A DNA stretch of 64,000 nucleotides, taken from an uncultured Bacilli bacterium. Lineage in GTDB: Bacteria > Bacillota_I > Bacilli_A > RF39 > UBA660. The notes beneath the pieces are model-generated. The model made no database searches, was not told the origin of the DNA, and worked only from the letters and a program-made list of their open reading frames with translations. The stretch covers positions 1,226 to 65,225 of the forward strand of contig CAKPJN010000004.1 in assembly GCA_934162665.1 (NCBI GenBank), written 5' to 3'. A program made the translations under genes and the position numbers. Numbering within the stretch: position 1 is the first letter of the stretch; each line of letters opens with the position of its first letter. Shown here piece after piece: positions 18,663-27,776 of this stretch.

Positions 18663-20009
18663 CTACTCCAATGTGTAAGGATTTTCTAAGGTTCCTTCTC
18701 CTTGTTTAATAAGTTTCTTATCTATAGAAATAGTTGGAACTATGTGTTTTTTTTCAGTTGATTTTTCTTCATCAATTATACCAACGTTATTATTTACATA
18801 TATCATGCTACCTATAGATGAAGTTTTATTCAAGTAATAATAATCTGTTAAATCTTTATTTGTATTGTAATCAAAAATACTTAATAAGCCTACTTTTGAT
18901 GTTGTAGTTTCTTTATATATATTTTCCATATTAAATCCAGTTTCATTACTAATCTCTCCTGTTGGATAATTGTTATCTAGTAATATGTCTTTATAACTTA
19001 AAGTATTATAATAATTTCTATTTAAATAGTATGCAATATTATATCTATTAGTTAAATTAAATTCTGAAGTTGTTTGGCTGTATATTGCAGTATATTCTTG
19101 GTTATTTACATTTATATAACCATTTAATGATAGTTTTAGGATATCATTAGTATCACTATAAACTTTCCAGATATCATTTTCAAGTTTTACATATTGATCT
19201 ATATAATTATTACTATTTTCCATATCTATGACATAAGGATCTTCTTTTGTTCCTACACCACTAGTTATTTTAACATTTTCTTTGAGGCTAATAACTGGTC
19301 TTATTCCATATGATTCGTAGCTAGTTCCTGATTCTACACTACCTGTATCATCTACGTATAGATTGGAATTATCTTTATCATATCCAATTAACCAAAAGTA
19401 TTTACCATTATTTAAATAACTATCTTTACCATTAGCGTTAATATAATCACTTATTGTTAAGGTTGTAACATAGTCTTTTTCTTCTTTATTTGTTTCTTTT
19501 ATTTTAGATTTTAATAATTGATTTTCTTTATAAGAGGTTTTTGTTAACAAGTTTGTATTAGAAATTGTATTATAATATATCCCACTATTTGGTGATGTAG
19601 TTTTATTTAACCAATTATATAAATTTGAAGTTTTATATGAGGATTCATCTCCCCATATTAATATTCCATTATTGTCATCAGATACTAATTTAACTGAATT
19701 ATCATTATAAACATTCATAATTCTAAAAATTCTATTAGAGAATTTTACATAGTTATTAGAAACATTACCTTTAAAAGAATAGCCGTTTTTTTCTTGATGA
19801 AAGCCATCTTTTTCGTTAGTTACTTGATTATTAGAAATAATTTTATCCGCAAGACTTGCACTTTCTTTTACTGTGTTTTGTTTACTATAATAATATATAC
19901 TTCTTCCACCAAAATATAAGAAAATAGAAAGTAAAGTAATAATACTTATTATATTAAAAATAAATTCAAATTTTGTTATTGGTTTCTTCTTATTCCTTTT
20001 TTTACTCAT
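18663..20009 (-). CDS. membrane-anchored extracellular protein with a lectin-like C-terminal module (paralog of 50112..51169)
   Basis: N-terminal TM anchor. FRIMNV..., KYFWLIGY.. and YGIRPVISL..GTKEDPYVI are shared with the 50112 ORF (WRIMRI.., HYWSLSP.., LGIRPIIYL..GTIDSPYII). Confidence 0.55.
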   Translation of the reverse strand: MSKKRNKKKPITKFEFIFNIISIITLLSIFLYFGGRSIYYYSKQNTVKESASLADKIISNNQVTNEKDGFHQEKNGYSFKGNVSNNYVKFSNRIFRIMNVYNDNSVKLVSDDNNGILIWGDESSYKTSNLYNWLNKTTSPNSGIYYNTISNTNLLTKTSYKENQLLKSKIKETNKEEKDYVTTLTISDYINANGKDSYLNNGKYFWLIGYDKDNSNLYVDDTGSVESGTSYESYGIRPVISLKENVKITSGVGTKEDPYVIDMENSNNYIDQYVKLENDIWKVYSDTNDILKLSLNGYINVNNQEYTAIYSQTTSEFNLTNRYNIAYYLNRNYYNTLSYKDILLDNNYPTGEISNETGFNMENIYKETTTSKVGLLSIFDYNTNKDLTDYYYLNKTSSIGSMIYVNNNVGIIDEEKSTEKKHIVPTISIDKKLIKQGEGTLENPYTLE

Positions 20010-20101
20010 TTTTTATACCTCTCAACTCCACTAGTAAATTATATCAAAGATTAATTGTTCTTTCAATAATCATTATGCTTTTTATATCTTATATTTAATA
20101 T

Positions 20102-20476
20102 AGAACAAAAGAATTAAAACAAGTTTTAATTCGTCTCAGTATTAAAAATACTATTTCTTAAACTACAACTATCTACTTCTTTTAAAAATGGATAAATATT
20201 TTCAAGCTCTTTAAGTTGTTTACACATATCATATACTTTTATATAACCATCTTCTTTGCATTTATTCAAGAAGTAATTATAAATAAATCTAGTACATCCG
20301 AAAGTCTTATGAATTATAGTTTTTTGGATATCAGTAGGATATATTCTAAACTTATACGCTTTATACATAGTATCACCTTCTAGTTTTCTAATAGTTGATT
20401 TATATTATAATTGTAAAACGTTTGTTTGTTAATAATCTTTCGTTATTTTAATGCACTTTCCTTATAAACAAAAAAA
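20102..20476 (-). mobile_element. decayed IS200/IS605-type element (internal deletion; tnpB 5' fragment only)
   Basis: Both termini are shared with 26734..27091 (37/39 and 20/21 identity). A subterminal hairpin AATTAAAAC..GTTTTAATT is present. There are no terminal inverted repeats. Confidence 0.6.
20126..20368 (-). pseudogene. tnpB: TnpB (OrfB) RNA-guided nuclease, N-terminal 80-aa fragment
   Basis: MYKAYKFRIYPTDIQKTIIHKTFGCTRFIYNYFL is the canonical TnpB N-terminus. The ORF runs straight into the element end. Confidence 0.7.
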
Positions 20477-20499
20477 GCGGTCTATATATATAAACCGTT
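20470..20499 (-). terminator. putative greA terminator
   Basis: Minus strand reads CGGTTTATATATATAGACCG, a hairpin, followed by CTTTTTTT. Confidence 0.4.
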
Positions 20500-20536
20500 T
20501 TCTATTCTAATTATATGACTTTAATATTATTTAATA

Positions 20537-21010
20537 TTATTTAATATTAATAATTTCTACTTCATAAGAACCATTAGGTGATTCAACAGTAACAATATCT
20601 CCAACTTTGTGATCAAATAAGGCTTTTGCGATTGGGCTTTCATTTGAAATTTTACTTTCAAATGGATCTGCTTCTTGACTACCTACTATTTTATATTCGT
20701 CTTCTTCATCTTCATCGTCTACGTATTTAATAGATACTGTACTCCCTAGACCAACTTTATCTGTAGGAATATTTGTTATAATTGATACATTTTCTAACAT
20801 CTTTTCAATTTGTTTAATTCTAGCTTCTATTTCTGCTTGTTCATTTCTTGCGGCGTCATATTCTGCATTTTCAGATAAGTCACCTAAACTTCTAGCTTCT
20901 TTAATAGCCTGAACGTTTTCAGGTCTTCTAACATTAATTAAGTTATCTAACTCTTTTTTTAATTCGTTTAAACCTTCTTCTGTTAGATATACGGTATTTT
21001 TACTTGCCAT
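20537..21010 (-). CDS. greA: transcription elongation factor GreA
   Basis: LTEEGLNELKKELDNL..GDLSENAEYDAARNEQ. 157 aa. Confidence 0.9.
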   Translation of the reverse strand: MASKNTVYLTEEGLNELKKELDNLINVRRPENVQAIKEARSLGDLSENAEYDAARNEQAEIEARIKQIEKMLENVSIITNIPTDKVGLGSTVSIKYVDDEDEEDEYKIVGSQEADPFESKISNESPIAKALFDHKVGDIVTVESPNGSYEVEIINIK

Positions 21011-21075
21011 TTTTTCACCTCATAATTATAATAACGTTTTAAATCATACTATATTTTAGGAAATTTGTCAATTGA

Positions 21076-21498
21076 TTATTTAGCATTTTGACGATTTTCA
21101 TTTATACGATTTCCTTTTTCATTCAAATAAATTGTGAAAAATCTATCATTTAAACAACTAATGTAATCTGTCAACTCTGGATTGTAACCTAACTTTCCAT
21201 TATAGTGAATCTCTTTTTCTTCTTTTAGGTCGTTTAGTCTAATATATGGCGCGATTCCTAATAAATATTGATCTTGTTTAATTTTAGAATATTGATCTTC
21301 ATCAAAAGCATTTTCACCAAGTTCTTCATTGTAATATGCATAAGTTACAATTTTATTAGATACAACTTCTCTAACTTTATTATCTTTTACTTCAACAATG
21401 ATATAATCTCTTTTTTCAGAATCTTCTGAAATTTGTTCTCCTGTTGAATTATATAAATCTATCTTATAATATCCATTTCTTAAATTTATGTTTTCCAT
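21076..21498 (-). CDS. hypothetical protein (140 aa)
   Basis: ORF only. Confidence 0.4.
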   Translation of the reverse strand: MENINLRNGYYKIDLYNSTGEQISEDSEKRDYIIVEVKDNKVREVVSNKIVTYAYYNEELGENAFDEDQYSKIKQDQYLLGIAPYIRLNDLKEEKEIHYNGKLGYNPELTDYISCLNDRFFTIYLNEKGNRINENRQNAK

Positions 21499-21555
21499 AA
21501 AATACTCCCCCTCTTTAATGAAGTAGACAAATTATATCATAAATATATGATTTTG

Positions 21556-22716
21556 TCAACTATATTGTTTATCAACAGTTGTTTCATATTGTTTTATTTG
21601 CTTAATAAAGAAGTCATCTGTCATACCGGAAATAAAGTCAATTACTTTTCTTTCATCAGCTGTATTCTTTATATAATTAAGATTTTGATTATTTAGAAAT
21701 AATGTAAATATTAAATTATCTTGATCGTTATATTTAATTGCTTTTAAATAAAAATCAAATAATTGATTCATTCCTGTTCTATAATATTCTATATCTTGTA
21801 AAGTATTACTCTTACTATAAATATTATTGTAATTAAAATTTTTTAATTCTTGTAATGCGTTAAATACAGAATCACTCATTTTTATATATGGTTTATTCAT
21901 ACTATTATTAATAATATCAGTAATAATAGTGTTAACAATTTCTCTATTATTATCTCCTAAAACAGAGGTAATAGTATTAGGTAGAAGATCTCGTTTGAAA
22001 GCTCCTAAGTTAATAGCGTCTTCTATATCTCTACCGATATATGCTATGATATCACTAATTCTTACTATACAACCTTCTAATGTCATTGGAGAATATTTTC
22101 TAAATTTTTTTAAATCAGTATAACTTTCTTTATATTCTCTTAAAAATTCTTCGGTATCCTTCTTCATTGGTTTGTAGCAAGAGTCTAACATCTCACCATT
22201 ATGACACATTATTCCATCTAATACTTGAATTGTAAGATTTAGCCCATAACCATTATTATCAACATCCATATAGTATCTAACACCTTGAATGTTATGTCCA
22301 AATTCTTCGTTTAATTCTCTTTTAGATATTTCATTTAGAATTGCTTCTCCAGTATGACCTAGTGGTGTATGACCAATATCGTGTCCTAAAGCAATAGCTT
22401 CACATAAGTCTTCATTAAGTTTTAGGGCTCTGGCTATAGTTCTCGCTATTTTACTAACTAATTGAACATGAATAATTCGTTTTGATATGTGATCATTATC
22501 TTTAAATGAGTAAACTTGTGTTTTATCATCATATCTTGTATAGCTTAGAGAGTGAATTATTCGATCAATATCTCTAAAAAATGGTGTTCTAAAGTCATCG
22601 TGAATATTTTTTATGCGTAAAGCATCACTACTTTTTGTAGCGTTTTCACCTAATAATTCTTCTTTTTCTAAGTAATTAATTTTTGCTTGTTCTATACTAT
22701 CCATAATTATCTCCAT
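21556..22716 (-). CDS. HD-domain dNTP triphosphohydrolase-like protein (dGTPase family)
   Basis: HVQLVSKIARTIA..AIALGHDIGHTPLGHTGE is the HD motif of the dGTPase family. Confidence 0.7.
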   Translation of the reverse strand: MEIIMDSIEQAKINYLEKEELLGENATKSSDALRIKNIHDDFRTPFFRDIDRIIHSLSYTRYDDKTQVYSFKDNDHISKRIIHVQLVSKIARTIARALKLNEDLCEAIALGHDIGHTPLGHTGEAILNEISKRELNEEFGHNIQGVRYYMDVDNNGYGLNLTIQVLDGIMCHNGEMLDSCYKPMKKDTEEFLREYKESYTDLKKFRKYSPMTLEGCIVRISDIIAYIGRDIEDAINLGAFKRDLLPNTITSVLGDNNREIVNTIITDIINNSMNKPYIKMSDSVFNALQELKNFNYNNIYSKSNTLQDIEYYRTGMNQLFDFYLKAIKYNDQDNLIFTLFLNNQNLNYIKNTADERKVIDFISGMTDDFFIKQIKQYETTVDKQYS

Positions 22717-22720
22717 TACT

Positions 22721-23059
22721 TTAATTTTTTTTATTATTCTTTTTTTCTTGTGCTAATATAGGTGGACAAGTCTTTAAATCGAACTTTTCTATATAATCCA
22801 TCACATTATCTATATCGATTTTATTTTTTTCATTTAAATCAGATTTTTTTATATAATCTTCTTTTTCTGTATTTAAATCATAATAGCTACTACATATAGG
22901 AATTGATTTTCCTGTTGCGATTTCTTTAACTTTACCAAAAGGACTTTTATAGACAACAATATCACCAAGTTTTTTTTCATCTAATGTTGTCTGTAAAACT
23001 GGTAAGGAAGAACCATATATATTTCCTTTATAAAGTGGTACTTTATAAAACAATTTCAT
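22721..23059 (-). CDS. hypothetical protein (112 aa)
   Basis: ORF only. Confidence 0.4.
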   Translation of the reverse strand: MKLFYKVPLYKGNIYGSSLPVLQTTLDEKKLGDIVVYKSPFGKVKEIATGKSIPICSSYYDLNTEKEDYIKKSDLNEKNKIDIDNVMDYIEKFDLKTCPPILAQEKKNNKKN

Positions 23060-23060
23060 A

Positions 23061-24251
23061 CTATTTCCTCTTTTCTATTAATCTAATCATTGAATATTCT
23101 TTTATATCAATATCAGTTTCTAAATAAATATAATATATATTATCTGGGTGTCTTGCGACATCTATTAAATTCATATCTTCATCGTATAATTTATCAACAG
23201 TAAAAATTAAATTGTCACCTTTAGGAGTAAATATTTCTACACTATCTCCTACTGCAAAATAATTTCTCTCATAAATTTTTATTAGATTATTTTCTTTATC
23301 ATATGAGATAACTTGGCCTAGGTAATCTTGGTTTGATATTTCACATCTTCCTGTATAGTATTGATCAGAAAAGTTTGCTTCTTTCATAAAATAATGGGTT
23401 GAAACTTCTCTATTCGCAACTCGACTAAGTATTTTTTCATATTTATTTAATTTATCTTCTGTTAGGCTGTTATCATAGTAATCATCTATTATTTTTCTGT
23501 AGGTTCCTATTACTGTTGCGAGATAATAAAGTGATCTCATTCTTCCTTCTACTTTTAGGCTTTTAACTCCTATTTCTATTAAGTCACTAATATATTTTGC
23601 CATATTTAAGTCTTTTGTAGCCATAGTGAATTCTTTATTTTCATCTGTCTTAAATGAAAATCTACATACTTGGCTACATCCTCCACGATTAGCGTCTCTA
23701 TTAGTTACATAATTTGAAAGAGCGCATCGACCACTATAACATGTACACATCGCTCCATGAATAAATACTTCTATATCAACATTGGTCTTATCTATTATTT
23801 CTTTTATTTCAGTTTTAGATAGCTCTCGTCCCAAAACTACTCTATCAACACCTTCTCCTTTAAAGAATAAAACTGACTCATAATTAGTTGTTGAAGCTTG
23901 AGTAGATAGATGAACTTCTACATTTTTATACTTTTCTGTTATGTATGAAATAATAAATGGATCACTTACAATAAAGGCGTCTATTCCACACTCAACAACA
24001 TCATTTATGTATTGTTCTACACCTTCTATATCTTCATTATGAAAAACTATATTTAGCGTTAGATATACTTTTTTTCCTAGATTATGGGCAAATGAACATC
24101 CTTCTTTAATTTCTTCAATCGAAAAATTAGTAGCATTAGCTCTTAATCCATATTTTTCTCCACCAATATATACAGCATCTGCTCCATATAATAATGTAAT
24201 TTTTAATCTTTCTAAATCTCCTGCAGGAGAAAGTAATTCAATCTTTTTCAT
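23061..24251 (-). CDS. peptidase U32 family protein (YrrO-like)
   Basis: IELLSPAGDLERLKITLLYGADAVYIGG N-terminus and a Cys-rich centre (GAMCTCYSGRCALS). The order matches B. subtilis yrrN-yrrO. Confidence 0.75.
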   Translation of the reverse strand: MKKIELLSPAGDLERLKITLLYGADAVYIGGEKYGLRANATNFSIEEIKEGCSFAHNLGKKVYLTLNIVFHNEDIEGVEQYINDVVECGIDAFIVSDPFIISYITEKYKNVEVHLSTQASTTNYESVLFFKGEGVDRVVLGRELSKTEIKEIIDKTNVDIEVFIHGAMCTCYSGRCALSNYVTNRDANRGGCSQVCRFSFKTDENKEFTMATKDLNMAKYISDLIEIGVKSLKVEGRMRSLYYLATVIGTYRKIIDDYYDNSLTEDKLNKYEKILSRVANREVSTHYFMKEANFSDQYYTGRCEISNQDYLGQVISYDKENNLIKIYERNYFAVGDSVEIFTPKGDNLIFTVDKLYDEDMNLIDVARHPDNIYYIYLETDIDIKEYSMIRLIEKRK

Positions 24252-24252
24252 T

Positions 24253-25113
24253 CTACTTCACCTTGTAAATTGTTTTCTTAAATAAGAAACCGGTATACTC
24301 CCCTAATAGACTTTTATATTTATCAATATATTTAGTGGATGAACAGTTACTATTTATATAATCTTTAGTATCAGAAATTAATTCTAAAAATTGGTCTTTT
24401 TCTATTCCATTTTCTTTAAGTATAATATATGGAAAATCTTTATCAAATAATTCTTTAATAATAGAGGTACCATTCATTATTTTATTTAAACTAAATGAAC
24501 TACCATTTTTATCTTCAGTAACAGTATAAATATCATTACTAACTTTTTCTAATATTTCTAAGTTGTCTTTTCCATCTTCTTTTAAATCAGTATAATAATT
24601 GGTAATTAATTTACGTCTAGAATGCGCAACAAAGTTTTTACCAACTACAAGTACTAGTGGAATTGTTTTTGACTTTTCTTTAATTTCAATAATTTCATCA
24701 AGAGTTATTTCTGATGATAAATATGAATAAGTAGCACCTCTATCATAGTAGTAATTACATGTATTATAATTAGTAGTCATGTGTTCTTGGCTCCATACTA
24801 AATTAATATCTAAGTTGTTTTTTCTTTTTATTTCTAAAACTGACATGTCATAAAATAATACTCCTTTAATAGGTAGTTTAGATAATGATATTAATATTTC
24901 TTCTAAGGCTATTAAATCATTATTAAACATATTTTTATTTATTGATATAAAAAAGTCTTTATCATAACTAGTTACAATTTTTGTTATTTGTTCTAAGTCA
25001 AAATAGATATTAGAGCCAACAGAGTAGTCTTTTAAATATAATATAAGTCCATCTGTTTTATTTTCCATATATGAGTTAATATCAGTTGTTTCTATATCAC
25101 AAAGAATTTTCAT
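24253..25113 (-). CDS. peptidase U32 family protein, short form (YrrN-like)
   Basis: 286 aa, immediately upstream of and coupled to the YrrO-like gene. Confidence 0.55.
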   Translation of the reverse strand: MKILCDIETTDINSYMENKTDGLILYLKDYSVGSNIYFDLEQITKIVTSYDKDFFISINKNMFNNDLIALEEILISLSKLPIKGVLFYDMSVLEIKRKNNLDINLVWSQEHMTTNYNTCNYYYDRGATYSYLSSEITLDEIIEIKEKSKTIPLVLVVGKNFVAHSRRKLITNYYTDLKEDGKDNLEILEKVSNDIYTVTEDKNGSSFSLNKIMNGTSIIKELFDKDFPYIILKENGIEKDQFLELISDTKDYINSNCSSTKYIDKYKSLLGEYTGFLFKKTIYKVK

Positions 25114-25156
25114 ATTGTTTCTTCACCTCGTTTTATACATATATATTTTATCATAG

Positions 25157-25183
25157 AAAAAAAAGAAAACAATATTTGTTTTC
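25157..25183 (-). terminator. intrinsic terminator
   Basis: Minus strand has GAAAACAA / TTGTTTTC, an 8-bp stem with a 3-nt loop, followed by TTTTTTTT. Confidence 0.6.
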
Positions 25184-25228
25184 TAATAATCTAACTTTGA
25201 TGCAAATCTTTCTTCATTTTTTATAGTT

Positions 25229-26577
25229 TTAATATTTCATATTAGATTTAGATACTTCTATAACTGGACGAGACCCAATGTGACCAGCATTCGACGTAGA
25301 GTTGTCGTTGACATAGCGGTAGCCACCGTTCACAGACCAGGCATTAGTCGAAACCGCACCACGAGGATTTTCTAACCAATATCCATACGTTCCCATACTA
25401 TCTGATGAATATTTTGTATTTTCCATAAGGTAATTACATATATCTAGTTCTCCTCTTGTCAATGTTCCTGCAGTAATTACACAAGCTGAATTTACCTCTT
25501 GTGTTGTTAAAAGTCTTGCAGCATATCCTTCATAGCTAAAGCCAGTTGGGAGTGTTCCTCCTGTTGTTGAAGTTGTTCCTGTTTCTGTTAGAATGGCTCT
25601 TTTTGTGTTAGTTAAAGTTGTTTTCCACTGTGATGTTGTTGGCAAATTAGTAATAGCGGTTTGCGGTCCATGCCAGTTTTCACCTGAAGCATCATAAGCA
25701 ATTAAGCCGTTATTTGTATTATTCGCTACTCCTTTTTTGTATTATTATAATAAATTAGTACAGCTGTATTAGGATTCATATCTGTTACATAATAAAATCT
25801 TTCTTTATCTTCATCACATGTTCCATCTCCATTTACATCACATGTAAAAGCGTCTCCTGAAGTTAAGGTTCCTTCTGTTCCTAGATTACCATAAGTAATA
25901 GTCGTTGTTCCTTTTGAACCTGTAGTTGTATATCCTACTCCGCTACAATAATATGTTCCATCTGTCTGAGTACATTCTTCTGTATGTAGGGTTGTTGCTC
26001 TTTTACAAAGTTATTCTTTATACTGAGTTGCTTCTATTCTTATTTTGGCACTAAAAACTGTATCCATAGCTTCATTAGTAGCGTCATAATCCACCCATAT
26101 TCTTAATTCATAGGAAATTGTTTGATTTGGTGAGATTGTGCCGGATTCAATAACTCTATTAGGATTTGTTCCAGTTGAAGAAAGAAGTGCAATTTTTGGA
26201 GATTCATTATCTTTTGTTATTCCATATTTTATATATTGATCGTCTACTCTATTTTTTCCCTCATCTATTGAAACATCGTCTAAATATATACTATAGTCTG
26301 AATCAATATTACCATCGTTTTTTAAAGTGAATGTGTATGGTATGTATGTCATTCCTTCTTCATCGGTTACTGGTATTGCTTTTTCTAAACTTATACCCGT
26401 TGTAGTTTTATCATCTAATTTTAATGATAGAGTTCCTGCTTTTAAAATATTTTTCTTTGTTCCTGTTAATGTTAATGATAAAAATGCATAACTAGAACTT
26501 ACTAGTAATACTACTAGCAGTAATACAAACGCAATACGTTTTATAGTAAAAACCTTAATTTTATTATTATTTTCCAT
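25229..26577 (-). pseudogene. TasA/camelysin-like N-domain + Cys/Thr-rich linker + lectin-like C-domain surface protein, disrupted
   Basis: Own translation shows one continuous gene broken by an in-frame TAA (26011..26013) and a frameshift in the T6/A6 run 25733..25738. The N-terminus (SSSYAFLS, KAGTLSLKL, FTLKNDGNID, YELRIWV) is paralogous to 39615..41432. Confidence 0.7.
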
Positions 26578-26733
26578 ACATTCACCTACTATAAGTATTA
26601 TTATATAGTATTTATTTAATTAATTCCATAGTTTTTAGTTTATTTTGATAATTATTAATTAATAGAGATTTTTTACATCAATAAATACAGTTATAATTAG
26701 CTATTAATACAGTTAATAATTTTTTTATGATAA

Positions 26734-27091
26734 AGAACAAAATAATTAAAACAAGTTTTAATTTGTCTCAGTCGTTGCGTCATAAGTTTCCTACTTCACA
26801 GATAAGGTAACCCTTATTCTCCATAGGCTTAAATTCCGATAGTCGCTACCGTACTCTTTTTTATTCCTTACTAACTTTGATAATGTATTTTAATTATTCA
26901 TACACGGTATTTATAATTACATTGATATCTTATTTGTTTATATTCATACAATATTGGTATTATCTTGCTATTGTACTTAAATCACCTCCATTTTTACAAG
27001 AACAATTTTATTATATATTTAAACGATTGTTCGTCAATAACCTATATTGCTTTTTATAAAAATAGGGAGAACTTTTCTTATAAACAAAAAA
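26734..27091 (-). mobile_element. decayed IS200/IS605-type element retaining the tnpB 3' end / omega-RNA-like scaffold and right-end hairpin
   Basis: Termini shared with 20102..20476. The minus strand of 26773..26860 is about 42% GC and reads like a TnpB C-terminal remnant (..TVATIGI.AYGE..LSVK.E..). An internal promoter-like TTGACG-16-TATAAT and GGAGGTG are present, but there is no intact ORF. Confidence 0.5.
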
Positions 27092-27121
27092 GAAAATAGT
27101 ATAAACTATTTACTCCTTTAA

Positions 27122-27480
27122 TTATTGGCAATCTAGGTCACTTCTATATTTAATTTTATATGTGTGTGCTTTAGTTGTACAATTACCAGCTTTATCACAT
27201 GCTTTTTTCTTATAATCAACTGCTTTATCTATATAATTTTTATCTTCTAGTATTTTTAAAGTTATCTTTCTTATTTGACCTATTTCTCGTGGTAAATAAC
27301 TCTATAGTCTTGAGCATAATTTTCACCAGCTAGTGATATATTTTTTGAAAGTGATATATAATAGTAATTTCTATTTTTTTCATATACTTTATTTAATGAT
27401 ATTATAGTTATTCTAGATATAATACCTATAATAGCTATAACAGCTAATAACTCTATTAAAGTGAATCCTTTTTTACTCAT
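27122..27480 (-). pseudogene. type IV pilin-like (pseudopilin) protein, frameshifted
   Basis: MSKKGFTLIELLAVIAIIGI is the prepilin cleavage/methylation motif (G/FTLIE). The C-terminal half (YLPREIGQIRKITLKILEDKNYIDKAVDYKKKACDKAGNC..) continues in another frame from about 27300. Confidence 0.65.
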
Positions 27481-27515
27481 ATACTATCACGTATCTTTCT
27501 AAATTACTTTATTAA

Positions 27516-27776
27516 TTATAATGATTTTTCTTTTATTTTAGCAATTTCTAATGCTTTTGCTAATTGATCTGGACAGGAGGTACTTTTATTACCGCATTTT
27601 ATGCCTGATAATTTATATATTACATCTTCTAAATTTTGTCCTTCTATAAGTTTAGATATTCCTTGAAGATTTCCATTACATCCCCCTTGATACTTTACAT
27701 TATATACACGATTATCTTTTATTTCAAAATCTATATTTGTAGAGCATACACCAGTTGGTTTATATTGATGTTTCAT
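27516..27776 (-). CDS. TSCPD-domain small protein (TIGR03905-like)
   Basis: GVCSTNIDFEI..GGCNGNLQGISKLIEG..GIKCGNKSTSCPDQLAKAL. Confidence 0.75.
   Translation of the reverse strand: MKHQYKPTGVCSTNIDFEIKDNRVYNVKYQGGCNGNLQGISKLIEGQNLEDVIYKLSGIKCGNKSTSCPDQLAKALEIAKIKEKSL

Noticed and set aside
21556-22716. The dGTPase-family HD protein could be an anti-phage dNTP-depletion defence gene.
   Set aside because: It sits in a conserved housekeeping neighbourhood (U32 pair ... greA) with no mobile or defence context. Firmicutes commonly carry a core dGTPase-like gene.
26011-26013. An in-frame TAA, with another at 44397..44399, could indicate stop-codon reassignment.
   Set aside because: TAA terminates most of the confidently identified genes in this window (for example rpsP, gatA, the pilin gene and the 25229 ORF itself), so these are nonsense mutations.
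26877-27059. 60-aa plus-strand ORF inside the IS605 remnant, and a 63-aa ORF at 33063..33254 in the nrdD/dut intergenic region.
   Set aside because: These are Phe/Tyr/Ile/Leu-rich translations of AT-rich non-coding DNA. They have no RBS and overlap promoter and terminator elements.
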